Positions 9,416 through 18,747 of a stretch of 64,000 nucleotides of DNA are shown here, one piece after another. The DNA comes from Candidatus Krumholzibacteriia bacterium. Its GTDB lineage: Bacteria > Krumholzibacteriota > Krumholzibacteriia > JAJRXK01. Where the stretch lies: NCBI GenBank assembly GCA_041484665.1, contig JBGPIA010000004.1, positions 160,001-224,000 of the forward strand, given 5' to 3'. The translations under genes were made by a program, and so were the position numbers. Each line of letters opens with the position of its first letter. The first letter of the stretch is position 1. The notes beneath the pieces are model-generated. The model had not been told where the DNA came from, did no database searches, and was given only the letters and a program-made list of their open reading frames with translations.

Positions 9416-11490
9416 CAGAATTGCAGGGTCGCCTGTCCGAAGACGGTGCGCGGGATCTCGGTCGGGTACTGCAGCAGATCGGTGCCGGCCTCACGATGGC
9501 GGCCCTGCAGCGCATTCGTCACGCCGGCGGAGAGCGAAATCCCCGGCACGAGAGCGAATCCAAGCCGGCTGTCGAGCCGGACGTAGTCGTCCACCTGCCA
9601 CGCGGAGACCTTTCCGACGTAGTAGGTCGCCAGGTCGAGTTGGAGACGGTCGGTGACATCGAGGTAGGAGCGCAGGTTGAGCTGGAAGCGTGGCGCCGCG
9701 GAGGACGTCTGTACGCTCCGCTGGTCCGCCGATGACGGGTCGAGCACGAAGTGCATCTGCAGCCAGGTTGCTGCCCCGGCGAGCCGCCAGGTGCGCAGAG
9801 CGTGCCACTCGAAGGCGGCCTCGGCGCCGTACGTGTCGCCCCGCAGCTTGTTCTCCACGTAGATGGGGAACACCGTGTGCGCCGGTGATGGCGTGCCCTC
9901 CTGGAACGGAGCCCCCGGTTCTGTCGTCTGCAGGTTGTCGTAGCGATTGAAGAATGCCGTCAGGTCGAGCGAGATGTCGGAAGCGGGCGACGTGCGATAG
10001 CCCACCTCGTAGGCCGTCAGCGCCTCCTGCTTCACATCGGGGTTGCCGAAGAAACCGGACACCCCAGTACCGCCTCCGGGGAGCGGGAAGGCCGGGAGAT
10101 TGATGCGCGCGTGGCGTTCCATCTGCGACGGAGTCCGGACTGCGTGCGAAAGCGCGGTCCACGCGCTCGCGTGGGTCCCGATGGCCCAGAGCAAGCGGAC
10201 ATTGGGCTGCACCGCGGAGCCGGTCTCCTGCTCGTACTCGAACTTCGAGCCCAGGGTGAGCCTCAGCTTGTCGTGCAGCAGCGGGAGCATCGCCTGCCCG
10301 AAGACGTTGAACAGATCGTCATCCTGCGCAGCTCCGTCGGTGCTGATCGTCCAGGTGTCGCCGATCCCGAACCACTCGTGTCGATAGCCGAGGCCCCACA
10401 GCAGCTCGTTCCCCGCGCCCAGTCGGAGACGGTGCTGGAAATCGAAGTTGAGGATGTCCATCGACTGGCGCGCGAGCACCTCGTCGCGCTCGAGCCCCTC
10501 GTAGGAACCGACGAGACTCAGCTCGGACGTGGGTGAGATCGTGTGATCCCAGCGCCCCAACGTCGACCAGCCCCACACGTTCGCGCGGTCCAGGATGGGC
10601 TGCTGGTAGGGCGGGTCCAACAGTGAGAGCGACTGCATGCTGTTGATCCTGCCCCGATAGCCCTCACCCGTGAATTCCACGGCGTCGCGCCGCGTCGGCT
10701 GCCAGTCAATGCGGGCCCGCCCACGTCCCATCCGCCAGGTGTCGGGCGTGTCGACGCCGGCGGCGTCGACCAGGCCATCCTGCTCGAAGTACTTCGCGTA
10801 GACGCGATAGGCCGCCGCGCGTCCCATGGTGCCGCCCGCGTGCGCCACGCCAAACGCCGGGTCGTCCGGCCCACCACCCCCCTCGACGCTGTACTCGCGG
10901 GCCGGGGTGGCCTTCTTCGTGATGACGTTGATCACACCATTCACCGCGTTGGCGCCCCACAACGTGCCACCCGGGCCGCGGACGACCTCGATGCGCTCGA
11001 TCTCGGAGACCGGCAGGTCCTGCATCTCCCAGTACACGCCCGAGAAGAGCCGCGTGTACACCGAACGGCTGTCGATCAGCACGAGCATCTTGTTCGCCCA
11101 GCGCCAATTGAATCCGCGCGCGCTGATCGCCCACTTGCTGGCGTCGATACGAGCCACTTCCAGCCCCGGCGCCAGTCGCAGCACGTCGGGCAGGCTGCGC
11201 GCCCCGCTGCGCCGGATGTCCTCCTGCGTGATGACGTAGACGGCCGCGGGAGCGTCGGAGATCTTCTGCCGCTTCTTCGACACGGAGGTGACCTCGATGT
11301 TCATGAGGTCCTCCAGCGGGAGATCGCTGAGTGCCTGGACTCCGGCGGAGTCGGCTCCCGCGCCCGATTGCACGGATGTCTGCTCCGCGGCCGCGGTGCC
11401 CCCCGGCGCAACGGACGCGCCTGCCAGGATGGAAGAGACGAGCAGCCCGCTGACCGTGCGGGCGCATGCCGTGATTCGGATCTGCCGCAT
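9415..11490 (-). CDS. TonB-dependent receptor
   Basis: Signal peptide, plug domain (LEDLMNIEVTSVSKK, IERIEVVRGPGGTLWGANAVNGVINVITK), C-terminal Phe. Confidence 0.93.
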   Translation of the reverse strand: MRQIRITACARTVSGLLVSSILAGASVAPGGTAAAEQTSVQSGAGADSAGVQALSDLPLEDLMNIEVTSVSKKRQKISDAPAAVYVITQEDIRRSGARSLPDVLRLAPGLEVARIDASKWAISARGFNWRWANKMLVLIDSRSVYTRLFSGVYWEMQDLPVSEIERIEVVRGPGGTLWGANAVNGVINVITKKATPAREYSVEGGGGPDDPAFGVAHAGGTMGRAAAYRVYAKYFEQDGLVDAAGVDTPDTWRMGRGRARIDWQPTRRDAVEFTGEGYRGRINSMQSLSLLDPPYQQPILDRANVWGWSTLGRWDHTISPTSELSLVGSYEGLERDEVLARQSMDILNFDFQHRLRLGAGNELLWGLGYRHEWFGIGDTWTISTDGAAQDDDLFNVFGQAMLPLLHDKLRLTLGSKFEYEQETGSAVQPNVRLLWAIGTHASAWTALSHAVRTPSQMERHARINLPAFPLPGGGTGVSGFFGNPDVKQEALTAYEVGYRTSPASDISLDLTAFFNRYDNLQTTEPGAPFQEGTPSPAHTVFPIYVENKLRGDTYGAEAAFEWHALRTWRLAGAATWLQMHFVLDPSSADQRSVQTSSAAPRFQLNLRSYLDVTDRLQLDLATYYVGKVSAWQVDDYVRLDSRLGFALVPGISLSAGVTNALQGRHREAGTDLLQYPTEIPRTVFGQATLQF

Positions 11491-11677
11491 GGCGTTCTCC
11501 CGGTTCGGGACGGATCGGGCCCTCTTCCGGTTTCGGCAGCCATGGAACGGGATTGAGCTGTTTCCCAGGGAGGTCCGTGACCGTACCTCGTTGGTGCGGG
11601 CCGACTTCGGCAGATCTTGCAGCCAGGGGAAGGCACGCGGGCGCCGGCGGGTGGTGGAATCCCTGCGCAGCCCCGGC

Positions 11678-11683
11678 TAGAAT
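11678..11683 (+). promoter_or_regulatory. -10 box of a probable leaderless transcript for the ATP-grasp pair
   Basis: TAGAAT lies 6 nt before the ATG at 11690, with no Shine-Dalgarno in between. Confidence 0.5.
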
Positions 11684-11689
11684 GGCGCC

Positions 11690-12919
11690 ATGCGGACGTC
11701 GCTGAATGTGATTTTCACCGCGCCCTTCTTCGCGCCGACCACGCTGCGCTTCATCGAGTCGGTGGCCGATCTGCCCGGCGTGCGCCTGCGGCTGGTCAGC
11801 CAGGACCCCCTCGACCGACTCCCCCACGGCCTGGCCGTCAAACTGGCTGCCCACCATCGGGTCGAGGACGGGCTGAACGCCGATCAGATCGGCGTCGCCG
11901 TCGTCAAGCTCTCGCAGCGGCTGGGTGCCGTCCACCGCCTGCTGGGCACCCTCGAGGAGCTGCAGATTCCCCTGGCCGAGATCCGCCAACAGCTGCGCAT
12001 CGACGGGATGGGCGTCGACGCCGCGCGCAACTTCCGGGACAAGTCGCAGATGAAGGACGTGCTGCGCGCGGCCGGCATTCCGTGCGCCCGCCACCAGCTC
12101 GCGACCAGCTCCCCGCAGGCCCTGGAGTTCGTGCAGCAGATCGGGCTGCCGGTGATCGCCAAGCCGCCCGCCGGGGCGGGCGCGCGCAACACGTTCCGTG
12201 TGGAGCAATTCACGCAGCTGCAGGAGCTGCTGGCGGCCATGCCGCCGTCACCGGAGCGGCCCCTGCTCGTCGAGGAGTTCATCGTCGGCGACGAGCACTC
12301 CTTCGACAGCGTGATGCTGGCGGGCAAGCCGGTGTGGCACGCTGTCAGCCACTACTTCCCGGGCCCCCTGACCGTGCTCGAGAACCCGTGGATCCAGTGG
12401 GTCGTGGTCTACCCGCGCGAGGCCGAGCACGCGCGCTACTCGGACATCCGTGCGATCGCCTTCAAGTCGCTGCAGGCGCTGGGGATGGTGACGGGACTCT
12501 CGCACATGGAGTGGTTCCGCCGCCGCGACGGGAGCGTGGCCGTCTCCGAGGTGGGGGCGCGCCCGCCAGGGGCCCAGTTCACCACGCTGATGTCCTACGC
12601 CAACGACTTCGACCTGTACGCGGCGTGGGCGCGGCTGATGGTCAAAGACGAGTTCGTCCCACCGCTGCGCAAGTACGCCGCAGGCGCCGCCTTCCTGCGT
12701 GGCCAGGGCGAGGGCCGCGTCGTGGCGATCCACGGCTTGGACGAGGCGCAGCGCGACGTGAGCGGCCTGGTCGTCGAGGTGAAGCTGCCGCGCGCGGGGC
12801 AGGCTGCATCGAGCACCTACGAGGGCGACGGATACGTGATCGTGCGGCACCCCGATACCGAGGTGGTCGAGATGGCGCTGCGGCGCCTCGTCAGCAAAGT
12901 GCGCGTCGAGCTGGGCTAG
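11690..12919 (+). CDS. ATP-grasp domain ligase (paralog 2)
   Basis: FRDKSQMK, IAKPPAGAGARNT, VEEFIVG, SHMEWF, EVGARPPG. Confidence 0.9.
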   Translation: MRTSLNVIFTAPFFAPTTLRFIESVADLPGVRLRLVSQDPLDRLPHGLAVKLAAHHRVEDGLNADQIGVAVVKLSQRLGAVHRLLGTLEELQIPLAEIRQQLRIDGMGVDAARNFRDKSQMKDVLRAAGIPCARHQLATSSPQALEFVQQIGLPVIAKPPAGAGARNTFRVEQFTQLQELLAAMPPSPERPLLVEEFIVGDEHSFDSVMLAGKPVWHAVSHYFPGPLTVLENPWIQWVVVYPREAEHARYSDIRAIAFKSLQALGMVTGLSHMEWFRRRDGSVAVSEVGARPPGAQFTTLMSYANDFDLYAAWARLMVKDEFVPPLRKYAAGAAFLRGQGEGRVVAIHGLDEAQRDVSGLVVEVKLPRAGQAASSTYEGDGYVIVRHPDTEVVEMALRRLVSKVRVELG

Positions 12920-12946
12920 CGGTCAACGCAGTCCGGCGGAGGCACG

Positions 12947-14170
12947 ATGAGCCGTAATGTGTTGATGCTCTCCCCGGGGTTCCCCCCGGAGATGCCTTTC
13001 TTCACGCGCGGGCTTTCCCGCGTGGGCGCGCGGGTGATCGGTTTGGGGGACCAGCCGGTGGGGTCGCTGGCGCCCGTGGCGCGCGAGCACCTCGCCGACT
13101 ACATCCAGGCTCCCATCGCCGACGAGCGGGCCGTGCTGGCGCAGGTGCGCCAGTACCACACGACGCGCGCCCGCTTCGATCGCGTGGAGTGCAACTGGGA
13201 GCCGCTCATGGTGTTGGCGGCCCGGCTGCGCGAGTCGCTCGGCGTGCCCGGGATGGGCGTCGAGCAGACGATCCTCTTCCGGGACAAGGAGCAGATGAAG
13301 CAGGTGCTCGACGCGGCCGGCATCCGCACGCCGCGCCACGCCAGCGCGAAGAGCGTGGGCGCGGTGCTGGAGGCCGCCGCCTACGTCGGGTATCCGCTGA
13401 TCCTCAAGCCGATCGCCGGCGCCGGCTCGAAGGACACCTACCGGGTCGAGAGCCGCCACGAGCTCGACTTGACCCTGCGCCGCATGGGCCACGTGGAGGA
13501 GGTTAGCGTCGAGGAGTTCATCGAGGGCGAGGACTGGACCTTCGACACGGTGTGCGCCGGCGGCCGCATCGAGTTCTTCAACCTGTGCTTCTATCGGCCG
13601 CGGGCGCTGTTGGCGCGCCAGCACCAGTGGATCAGCCCGCAGACCATCGCGATCCGCAACGTCGACCAGCCCGACCTGGAGCCCGGCCGCACGATGGGCC
13701 GCGCGGTGCTGAAAGCGCTGGGCTTCCAGACCGGATTCACCCATATGGAGTGGTATCGCAAGCCCGATGGCGAGGCCGTCTTCGGCGAGATTGCCGCGCG
13801 GCCGCCCGGCGCGCACACCGTGGACCTGATGAACTTCGCGTGCGACATCGATCTCTACCAGGGCTGGGCCGAGGCCGTCTGCAACGGGAGCTTTACGCAG
13901 CGCGTCGAGCGCAAGTACAACTCGGCGTGGATCTTCAAGCGGGCGCAAGGCTCGGGGCGCATCCAGCGCGTCGAGGGGTTGGGGCCACTGATGGCCGAGT
14001 TCGGCGAGTGGATCGTGTGGGTGGATCTGCTGCCCGTGGGCGCACCGCGCCGCGACTGGATCCAGACTCTCATCAGCGACGGGATGCTGATCGTCCGCCA
14101 CCCGGACCTGAGCCGCTGCATGGAGATCGCCGATGCGGTGGGGACCAGGCTGCAGATCTGGGCGGGATGA
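12947..14170 (+). CDS. ATP-grasp domain ligase (paralog 3)
   Basis: FRDKEQMK, GYPLILKPIAGAGSKDT, VEEFIEG, THMEWY, EIAARPPG; GGAGG RBS. Confidence 0.9.
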   Translation: MSRNVLMLSPGFPPEMPFFTRGLSRVGARVIGLGDQPVGSLAPVAREHLADYIQAPIADERAVLAQVRQYHTTRARFDRVECNWEPLMVLAARLRESLGVPGMGVEQTILFRDKEQMKQVLDAAGIRTPRHASAKSVGAVLEAAAYVGYPLILKPIAGAGSKDTYRVESRHELDLTLRRMGHVEEVSVEEFIEGEDWTFDTVCAGGRIEFFNLCFYRPRALLARQHQWISPQTIAIRNVDQPDLEPGRTMGRAVLKALGFQTGFTHMEWYRKPDGEAVFGEIAARPPGAHTVDLMNFACDIDLYQGWAEAVCNGSFTQRVERKYNSAWIFKRAQGSGRIQRVEGLGPLMAEFGEWIVWVDLLPVGAPRRDWIQTLISDGMLIVRHPDLSRCMEIADAVGTRLQIWAG

Positions 14171-14256
14171 GACGCGGGACTTTAGACCGCGCCCGGATCG
14201 CGGTCTCGACCGAGAGTCGCGACGACCCCCCGGGCGTCGCTCCCTGGAACCGGACG

Positions 14257-16386
14257 TCATCGCCCATGTGACCGCCCCGGTGTCGCCTTCGAGGCGATGA
14301 TGTCCCCCAACACGTCCGCTGTGCCCTCCACCCGCTTGAGCCGTGCGTACCTCTCCCCCCCCGAATACTCCAGCTTGCAGGTCTTGTAGAACTCCGCATT
14401 CTCCACCAGCAGCTCGAGCGGCCGCCCGCGCGTCTTCGTCTCGCGGATCGCCTCGCGCAGGACCTTCCTGCTCCACTTGCGTCCATTCACGGCCACCAGC
14501 TTCGTCCCCGGCACCATACCTGCCCGCGCCGCGGGCAGATCGGGGATCACGTCGAGGATCGTGCCGTCCTCCTTCACGGTGATCCCGATGGAGAAGCGCA
14601 GATCGGTATTCTTGGCGGCCTCCTCCACCGACTTGAGCCACGGTGGGATGCTGTCGGTGTAGGCCAGAGCCCAACCGGCCTTCTCGAGGCCGCCCAGCGG
14701 CGCGTGCGCCTGCAGCTGGTCGAGGCGAGCATGCAGGAATCCGCGCCAATCGTAGTGCGCCACGCGGTCGAGCGCCGCCACGACGTCGTCGAGGATGTAC
14801 GGCATGACCTTGGGCAGGCCGCTCTCTCCGCCGAAGAACAACCGGCAGAAATCGTCCAGGCTGCGCGCGCCGCCGGACTGCTCGCGGATGATCGTGTCGG
14901 TCTCCAGCCAGATGAGCGATCCTTCGGGATAGAAGTCGGTATCGCGCCGCCAGGACGTGCCGTCGTCGCGCGCTTCGTACAAGAGCTGCGCAGCCACCGC
15001 CGTGTCCAGGAGCGGCCGCCACTGGCGGCCCTTCTGGTACTCCATCGCGGCGGCCGTCGTCGCGAGCGCGTCGCGGTACTCCTGCGCCGTCAGCAGCCCG
15101 CTGCGGGCGGTCAGGATGTTCCCCAGATACGTCGTGAGTCCCTCGTACACCCAGAGCAGATCGCCGTGCATCGGCACATCGAAGCTGTCGACACCGAGGT
15201 CGGCCGGGCGGCGGTACTTGCCGTTCCACGAGTGGGTCATCTCGTGCGGCAGCAGCCCCGCCATGCGGCGGCGCAGATCGTCGTCGATGAGAGAGCGCTC
15301 GGCAACGCGGTCGTCGCTGGACTCGTGGTGCTCCAGGCCGAAGTGGGCGGTGTGGTCCGACAGTGTCAGCAGGAAGGTGTAGCTGCGGAAGTGGTGCGCG
15401 CCGAACAGCGTCTGCTCCTCCGTCACCAGTTTCTTCCACCCTGCGATCTGTGCGGGCGTCGCCTCGAGCGCCGCGTCACTGTCGGCGGCGATGCAGATGC
15501 GCACCGGTGGGTCCGTGCTCAGCTCGATCGTGCGGAAGTGGTCGCCGGCCAGCACCGGCGAGTCCACCAGCGTCGTGAGCGACGCGGGCTCGAAATGCAC
15601 CGGCCCCGCGCCGGCCGCCATCATCTTATCGCCCAGCGCCGCGGGCGGTAGTGCCGTCCCGTGCTTCCAGCCTTCAGGCAGCGTCACGGAGGCCGCGTAC
15701 GTCAGGTCGTCGGTCTTGGCGCCCTTGGGGTACAGCAGCACCTGGTTCCAGCTCAACAACGCCAGGTGCTCGGTGATGGAGGCGCCCGACGAGTACCCCG
15801 GCGCGTCCGGTGGCGAGAGGAAATCCAACTCGGCCTCCACTCGGTCGGCGCCTGGCGGCACGTCGAGGTGCAGGGCGTACATGTCCTCGTCGTCGCGCCG
15901 CCACGGCAGGGTCGTGCCCGCCGCGGTGAACCGCAGGCCGGCGAGGTCGGTGATGGGACCGTTGGGCGCATGCTCGCCGGGCAACCACTTCGGATAGGCC
16001 AGCGTCATCGGCCCGGGCCTGGCCGGCAGCGTCAGCTTCGCGTGCAGGATGCGGCGGGGCGCCTCGCGGGCGTCCAGTTCCAGGGTCGCGGGAGGCGTAG
16101 CCTGCGCCGCCGCGGCCGTCGCAGGGGTGGCGGGCGCGACCGCCGGGATTGCCTTCGGGGTTGCCGCCTCTGCAGCCGCCTGGGCCCTTGGCGGGGATGC
16201 CGGTGGGGATTCGGCGGGGAAATCCGCTACGGCCCCCGCAGCCCAGGCGCACCCGCGTGGCCCGCCGACGCGGGCCGGACCGACGAAACACCAGGGCCCT
16301 GCAGGGATCGAACCGAGAGTGGACAGGACGACGAAAAGTGCGGAAGCGCGCCGCGCCTGCCGACGAGGTTGAGACGAGGAATCCAT
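14257..16386 (-). CDS. M61 family (glycyl) metallo-aminopeptidase with C-terminal PDZ domain, exported
   Basis: YPKWLPGEH, GLEHHESS, LLPHEMTHSWNGKYRRP, LWVYEGLTTY, PDZ-like C-terminus. Start uncertain. Confidence 0.92.
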   Translation of the reverse strand: MDSSSQPRRQARRASALFVVLSTLGSIPAGPWCFVGPARVGGPRGCAWAAGAVADFPAESPPASPPRAQAAAEAATPKAIPAVAPATPATAAAAQATPPATLELDAREAPRRILHAKLTLPARPGPMTLAYPKWLPGEHAPNGPITDLAGLRFTAAGTTLPWRRDDEDMYALHLDVPPGADRVEAELDFLSPPDAPGYSSGASITEHLALLSWNQVLLYPKGAKTDDLTYAASVTLPEGWKHGTALPPAALGDKMMAAGAGPVHFEPASLTTLVDSPVLAGDHFRTIELSTDPPVRICIAADSDAALEATPAQIAGWKKLVTEEQTLFGAHHFRSYTFLLTLSDHTAHFGLEHHESSDDRVAERSLIDDDLRRRMAGLLPHEMTHSWNGKYRRPADLGVDSFDVPMHGDLLWVYEGLTTYLGNILTARSGLLTAQEYRDALATTAAAMEYQKGRQWRPLLDTAVAAQLLYEARDDGTSWRRDTDFYPEGSLIWLETDTIIREQSGGARSLDDFCRLFFGGESGLPKVMPYILDDVVAALDRVAHYDWRGFLHARLDQLQAHAPLGGLEKAGWALAYTDSIPPWLKSVEEAAKNTDLRFSIGITVKEDGTILDVIPDLPAARAGMVPGTKLVAVNGRKWSRKVLREAIRETKTRGRPLELLVENAEFYKTCKLEYSGGERYARLKRVEGTADVLGDIIASKATPGRSHGR

Positions 16387-16807
16387 GACCAACTCCGGGG
16401 GAAGAGCGGGAGGGGGAGGCGGGCGGAGCGACGAGGTCGCGGGGCTCCGCTGCCGCGCCCAAAGCGAGCGGGCGGCGCGGCGAGCGCCTGGGACTCTACG
16501 CATGCCGGGGGGTCCGATCAACCGGCAGGTCGCAGGCCCGGCCGCGCGCGGCCGGCGCTTGGTTGGCGTCCGGCCGGTGTTCTGGTGGTGTCCGGCCGAG
16601 CTGCGGGTGGCGATCGGAGCACGAGAAGCCGGCGCCGCGGCTTGCCGTGACCCTCGCGCCCGCGGACGAGTTGGCTACCTTCCAGGGTGCAAACCTGGGG
16701 ACCGCCTGGAGCCTTGAGCACCACGCCCCCCTTGCGCACCGACGCCCGCCGTCCCGTCCGGGCGGCGGCGTGGAGCGTCGCGCTGTGACCGGGAGGAGAA
16801 ACGAGCC

Positions 16808-17902
16808 ATGACCGCAGGCCGCACGCCGCCCGACCCGCAACTGCGCCGCAAGCTGACGCCGCTGCAGTTCGAGGTCACCCAGCACGAAGCCACCGAGCCG
16901 CCCTTTCGCAACGAGTTCTGGAACCACACGCAGCACGGCATCTACGTGGACGTGGTCTCGGGCGAGCCCCTGTTCTCGTCGCTGGACAAGTTCGACTCGA
17001 AGACGGGGTGGCCGAGCTTCACGCGCCCGCTCGTGCTCGAAAATGTCGTGCAGCGCGAGGACCGCCGGCTCTGGATGAGCCGCACCGAAGCGCGCAGCAA
17101 GCGTGCGGACTCGCACCTGGGGCATGTCTTCGACGACGGCCCGCAGCCCACGGGGCAGCGCTATTGCATCAACTCCGCGGCGCTGCGCTTCGTCTCCGCC
17201 GAGCAACTGGAGGAGGAGGGTTTCGGTCAGTTCCGCGCCGCGTTCGAGGCGGCGGGAGTCCTGCCCTTGCGCGGGCAGTCCGGCGCGCCTTCTGGGGGGG
17301 GATCCGCTGCGAAGCCGTCCGAGCCGTCCAGCCAGATGTCCAGCCAGACGCCAGCCCCGACGTCCGCCCCGACGTCCGCCCCGACGCCCACCCAGACGTC
17401 CCGCACGGCATCGGCCCAGCGTGCGACGGCGACGCTTGCCGGCGGCTGCTTCTGGGGGGTGGAGCAGCTCTTCCGGGAGCTGCCCGGGGTACTCGACACG
17501 CAGGTGGGCTACACCGGCGGCCACACGCAGAACCCGACCTACGAGCAGGTGTGCCGCGGCGACACCGGCCACGCCGAGGCCCTCCAGATCGTGTTCGATC
17601 CGGCGCGGGTCTCGTTCGCGGAGATCGTGCAGTACTTCTTCCGCCTGCACGATCCGACCACGCTCAACCGGCAGCACAACGACGTGGGTCCTCAGTACCG
17701 GTCAGCGATTTTCTTCCACGACGACGAGCAGCGGAAGATCGCCGAGGGCGTGCGCACGGAGGTGGACCGCTCGGGCGCGTGGAAGCGTCCGGTCGTTACA
17801 CAGATCGCGCCCGCCAGCCGATTCTGGGTGGCCGAGGCCTACCACCAGGACTACCTGGTCAAGAATCCCAACGGCTACAACTGCCACTTCCTGCGCGATT
17901 GA
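16808..17902 (+). CDS. msrAB: Bifunctional methionine sulfoxide reductase (MsrB N-terminal, MsrA C-terminal)
   Basis: MsrB: GWPSF, SHLGHVF, RYCINS. Msr[29 protein letters not shown]. Confidence 0.95.
   Translation: MTAGRTPPDPQLRRKLTPLQFEVTQHEATEPPFRNEFWNHTQHGIYVDVVSGEPLFSSLDKFDSKTGWPSFTRPLVLENVVQREDRRLWMSRTEARSKRADSHLGHVFDDGPQPTGQRYCINSAALRFVSAEQLEEEGFGQFRAAFEAAGVLPLRGQSGAPSGGGSAAKPSEPSSQMSSQTPAPTSAPTSAPTPTQTSRTASAQRATATLAGGCFWGVEQLFRELPGVLDTQVGYTGGHTQNPTYEQVCRGDTGHAEALQIVFDPARVSFAEIVQYFFRLHDPTTLNRQHNDVGPQYRSAIFFHDDEQRKIAEGVRTEVDRSGAWKRPVVTQIAPASRFWVAEAYHQDYLVKNPNGYNCHFLRD
17355..17400 (+). repeat. 12-bp tandem repeat (GCCCCGACGTCC) encoding the APTS linker between MsrB and MsrA
   Basis: gccccgacgtcc gccccgacgtcc gccccgacgccc acccagacgtcc. 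Confidence 0.8.
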
Positions 17903-17924
17903 GCAGCGGCTGGCCCGTGCGGGT

Positions 17925-18341
17925 CTACCTCGCCTTGAGAGCGCGCGCGGCCCGCACGTAATCCTTCGACTTGACCCAGAGCATCATGCCGTAGCGGCCA
18001 CCGCCGGCCGAGACGGCCTGCGCCGCGGTGATGCTGATCTTGCGGCCGGCGAGCTTCTGCACGTGGCGATCCACTGCGCCAACCACGTCGGTCCCCTGCA
18101 CCAGGAAGCCCTTCTTCGGCCGGCTCACGCGCCAGCCCTCACGGCGGGCCAGCCGGCGGATTGCGCTCTGATCCTCGGCCAGCAGGTCGAGCTGGGCGGC
18201 GCCCGTGCGGGCCGGGAATCCCGAAAAGCCGAGCAGGTTCACCCCGGCCTGCTTCACGGCGGCGAGCACCTTCGCGCCCTGTCCGGCGCGGCTGGGTATG
18301 GTCACGTAGCAGTAACGCACCTTGCGGACTCGGTCTGCCAT
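17925..18341 (-). CDS. Small tandem ACT-domain-like protein
   Basis: GAGGAGG RBS before the ATG at 18341. Two ACT-like halves: SRAGQGAKVLAAVKQAGVNL and DVVGAVDRHVQKLAGRKISI. Confidence 0.7.
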   Translation of the reverse strand: MADRVRKVRYCYVTIPSRAGQGAKVLAAVKQAGVNLLGFSGFPARTGAAQLDLLAEDQSAIRRLARREGWRVSRPKKGFLVQGTDVVGAVDRHVQKLAGRKISITAAQAVSAGGGRYGMMLWVKSKDYVRAARALKAR

Positions 18342-18747
18342 AGACGGCCTCCTCGTGTTGCTGGGCATCGGCCAAAGCACGGCGCAGGCTGGGCTGGATT
18401 CAGATCGTGGGCGGCGCGACGATGGAGCCAACACTCGATGCGGCCTGGTCCCCACGAGTTGGAATCTGGAGCGAGACGACAACCCGCGCTGGCAAGTGCC
18501 TGCGGCCGGCTGCAGTAGAGCAGACTCCCGTGCAATTGTCCATCGAGCGCCTGTCGCCCTGGAGCCACCATGGCGCACCGGCACGATCATCACACTTCCC
18601 ACGTGGCCGCCCGCGCGCGCGTCTGCCATGTTACACGCGAGCGGCCAGTCCGTCGCTGCTGGGGTCTCCCCAAACGAAATGGATGCGCGGGCGCGGGTGG
18701 ACTCGAGCGACGATTGACCCGGGCCGTGTGTGGAGGAGCGCTGGCGC

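Noticed and set aside
1808..14170. ATP-grasp RiPP (graspetide) cluster
   Set aside because: No precursor peptide or peptidase-ABC transporter is visible, and the enzymes look like ~410 aa amino-acid-ligase-type proteins rather than RimK/MvdD-type.
16660..16730. GNRA-capped hairpin (CCAGGGT-GCAA-ACCTGG) upstream of msrAB as a riboswitch
   Set aside because: I could not match SAM, SAH or other aptamer consensus; a single short hairpin is weak evidence in GC-rich DNA.
18342..18747. ORFs in the gap between the ACT-like gene and the RND permease
   Set aside because: No RBS, codon bias or motif supports any frame.
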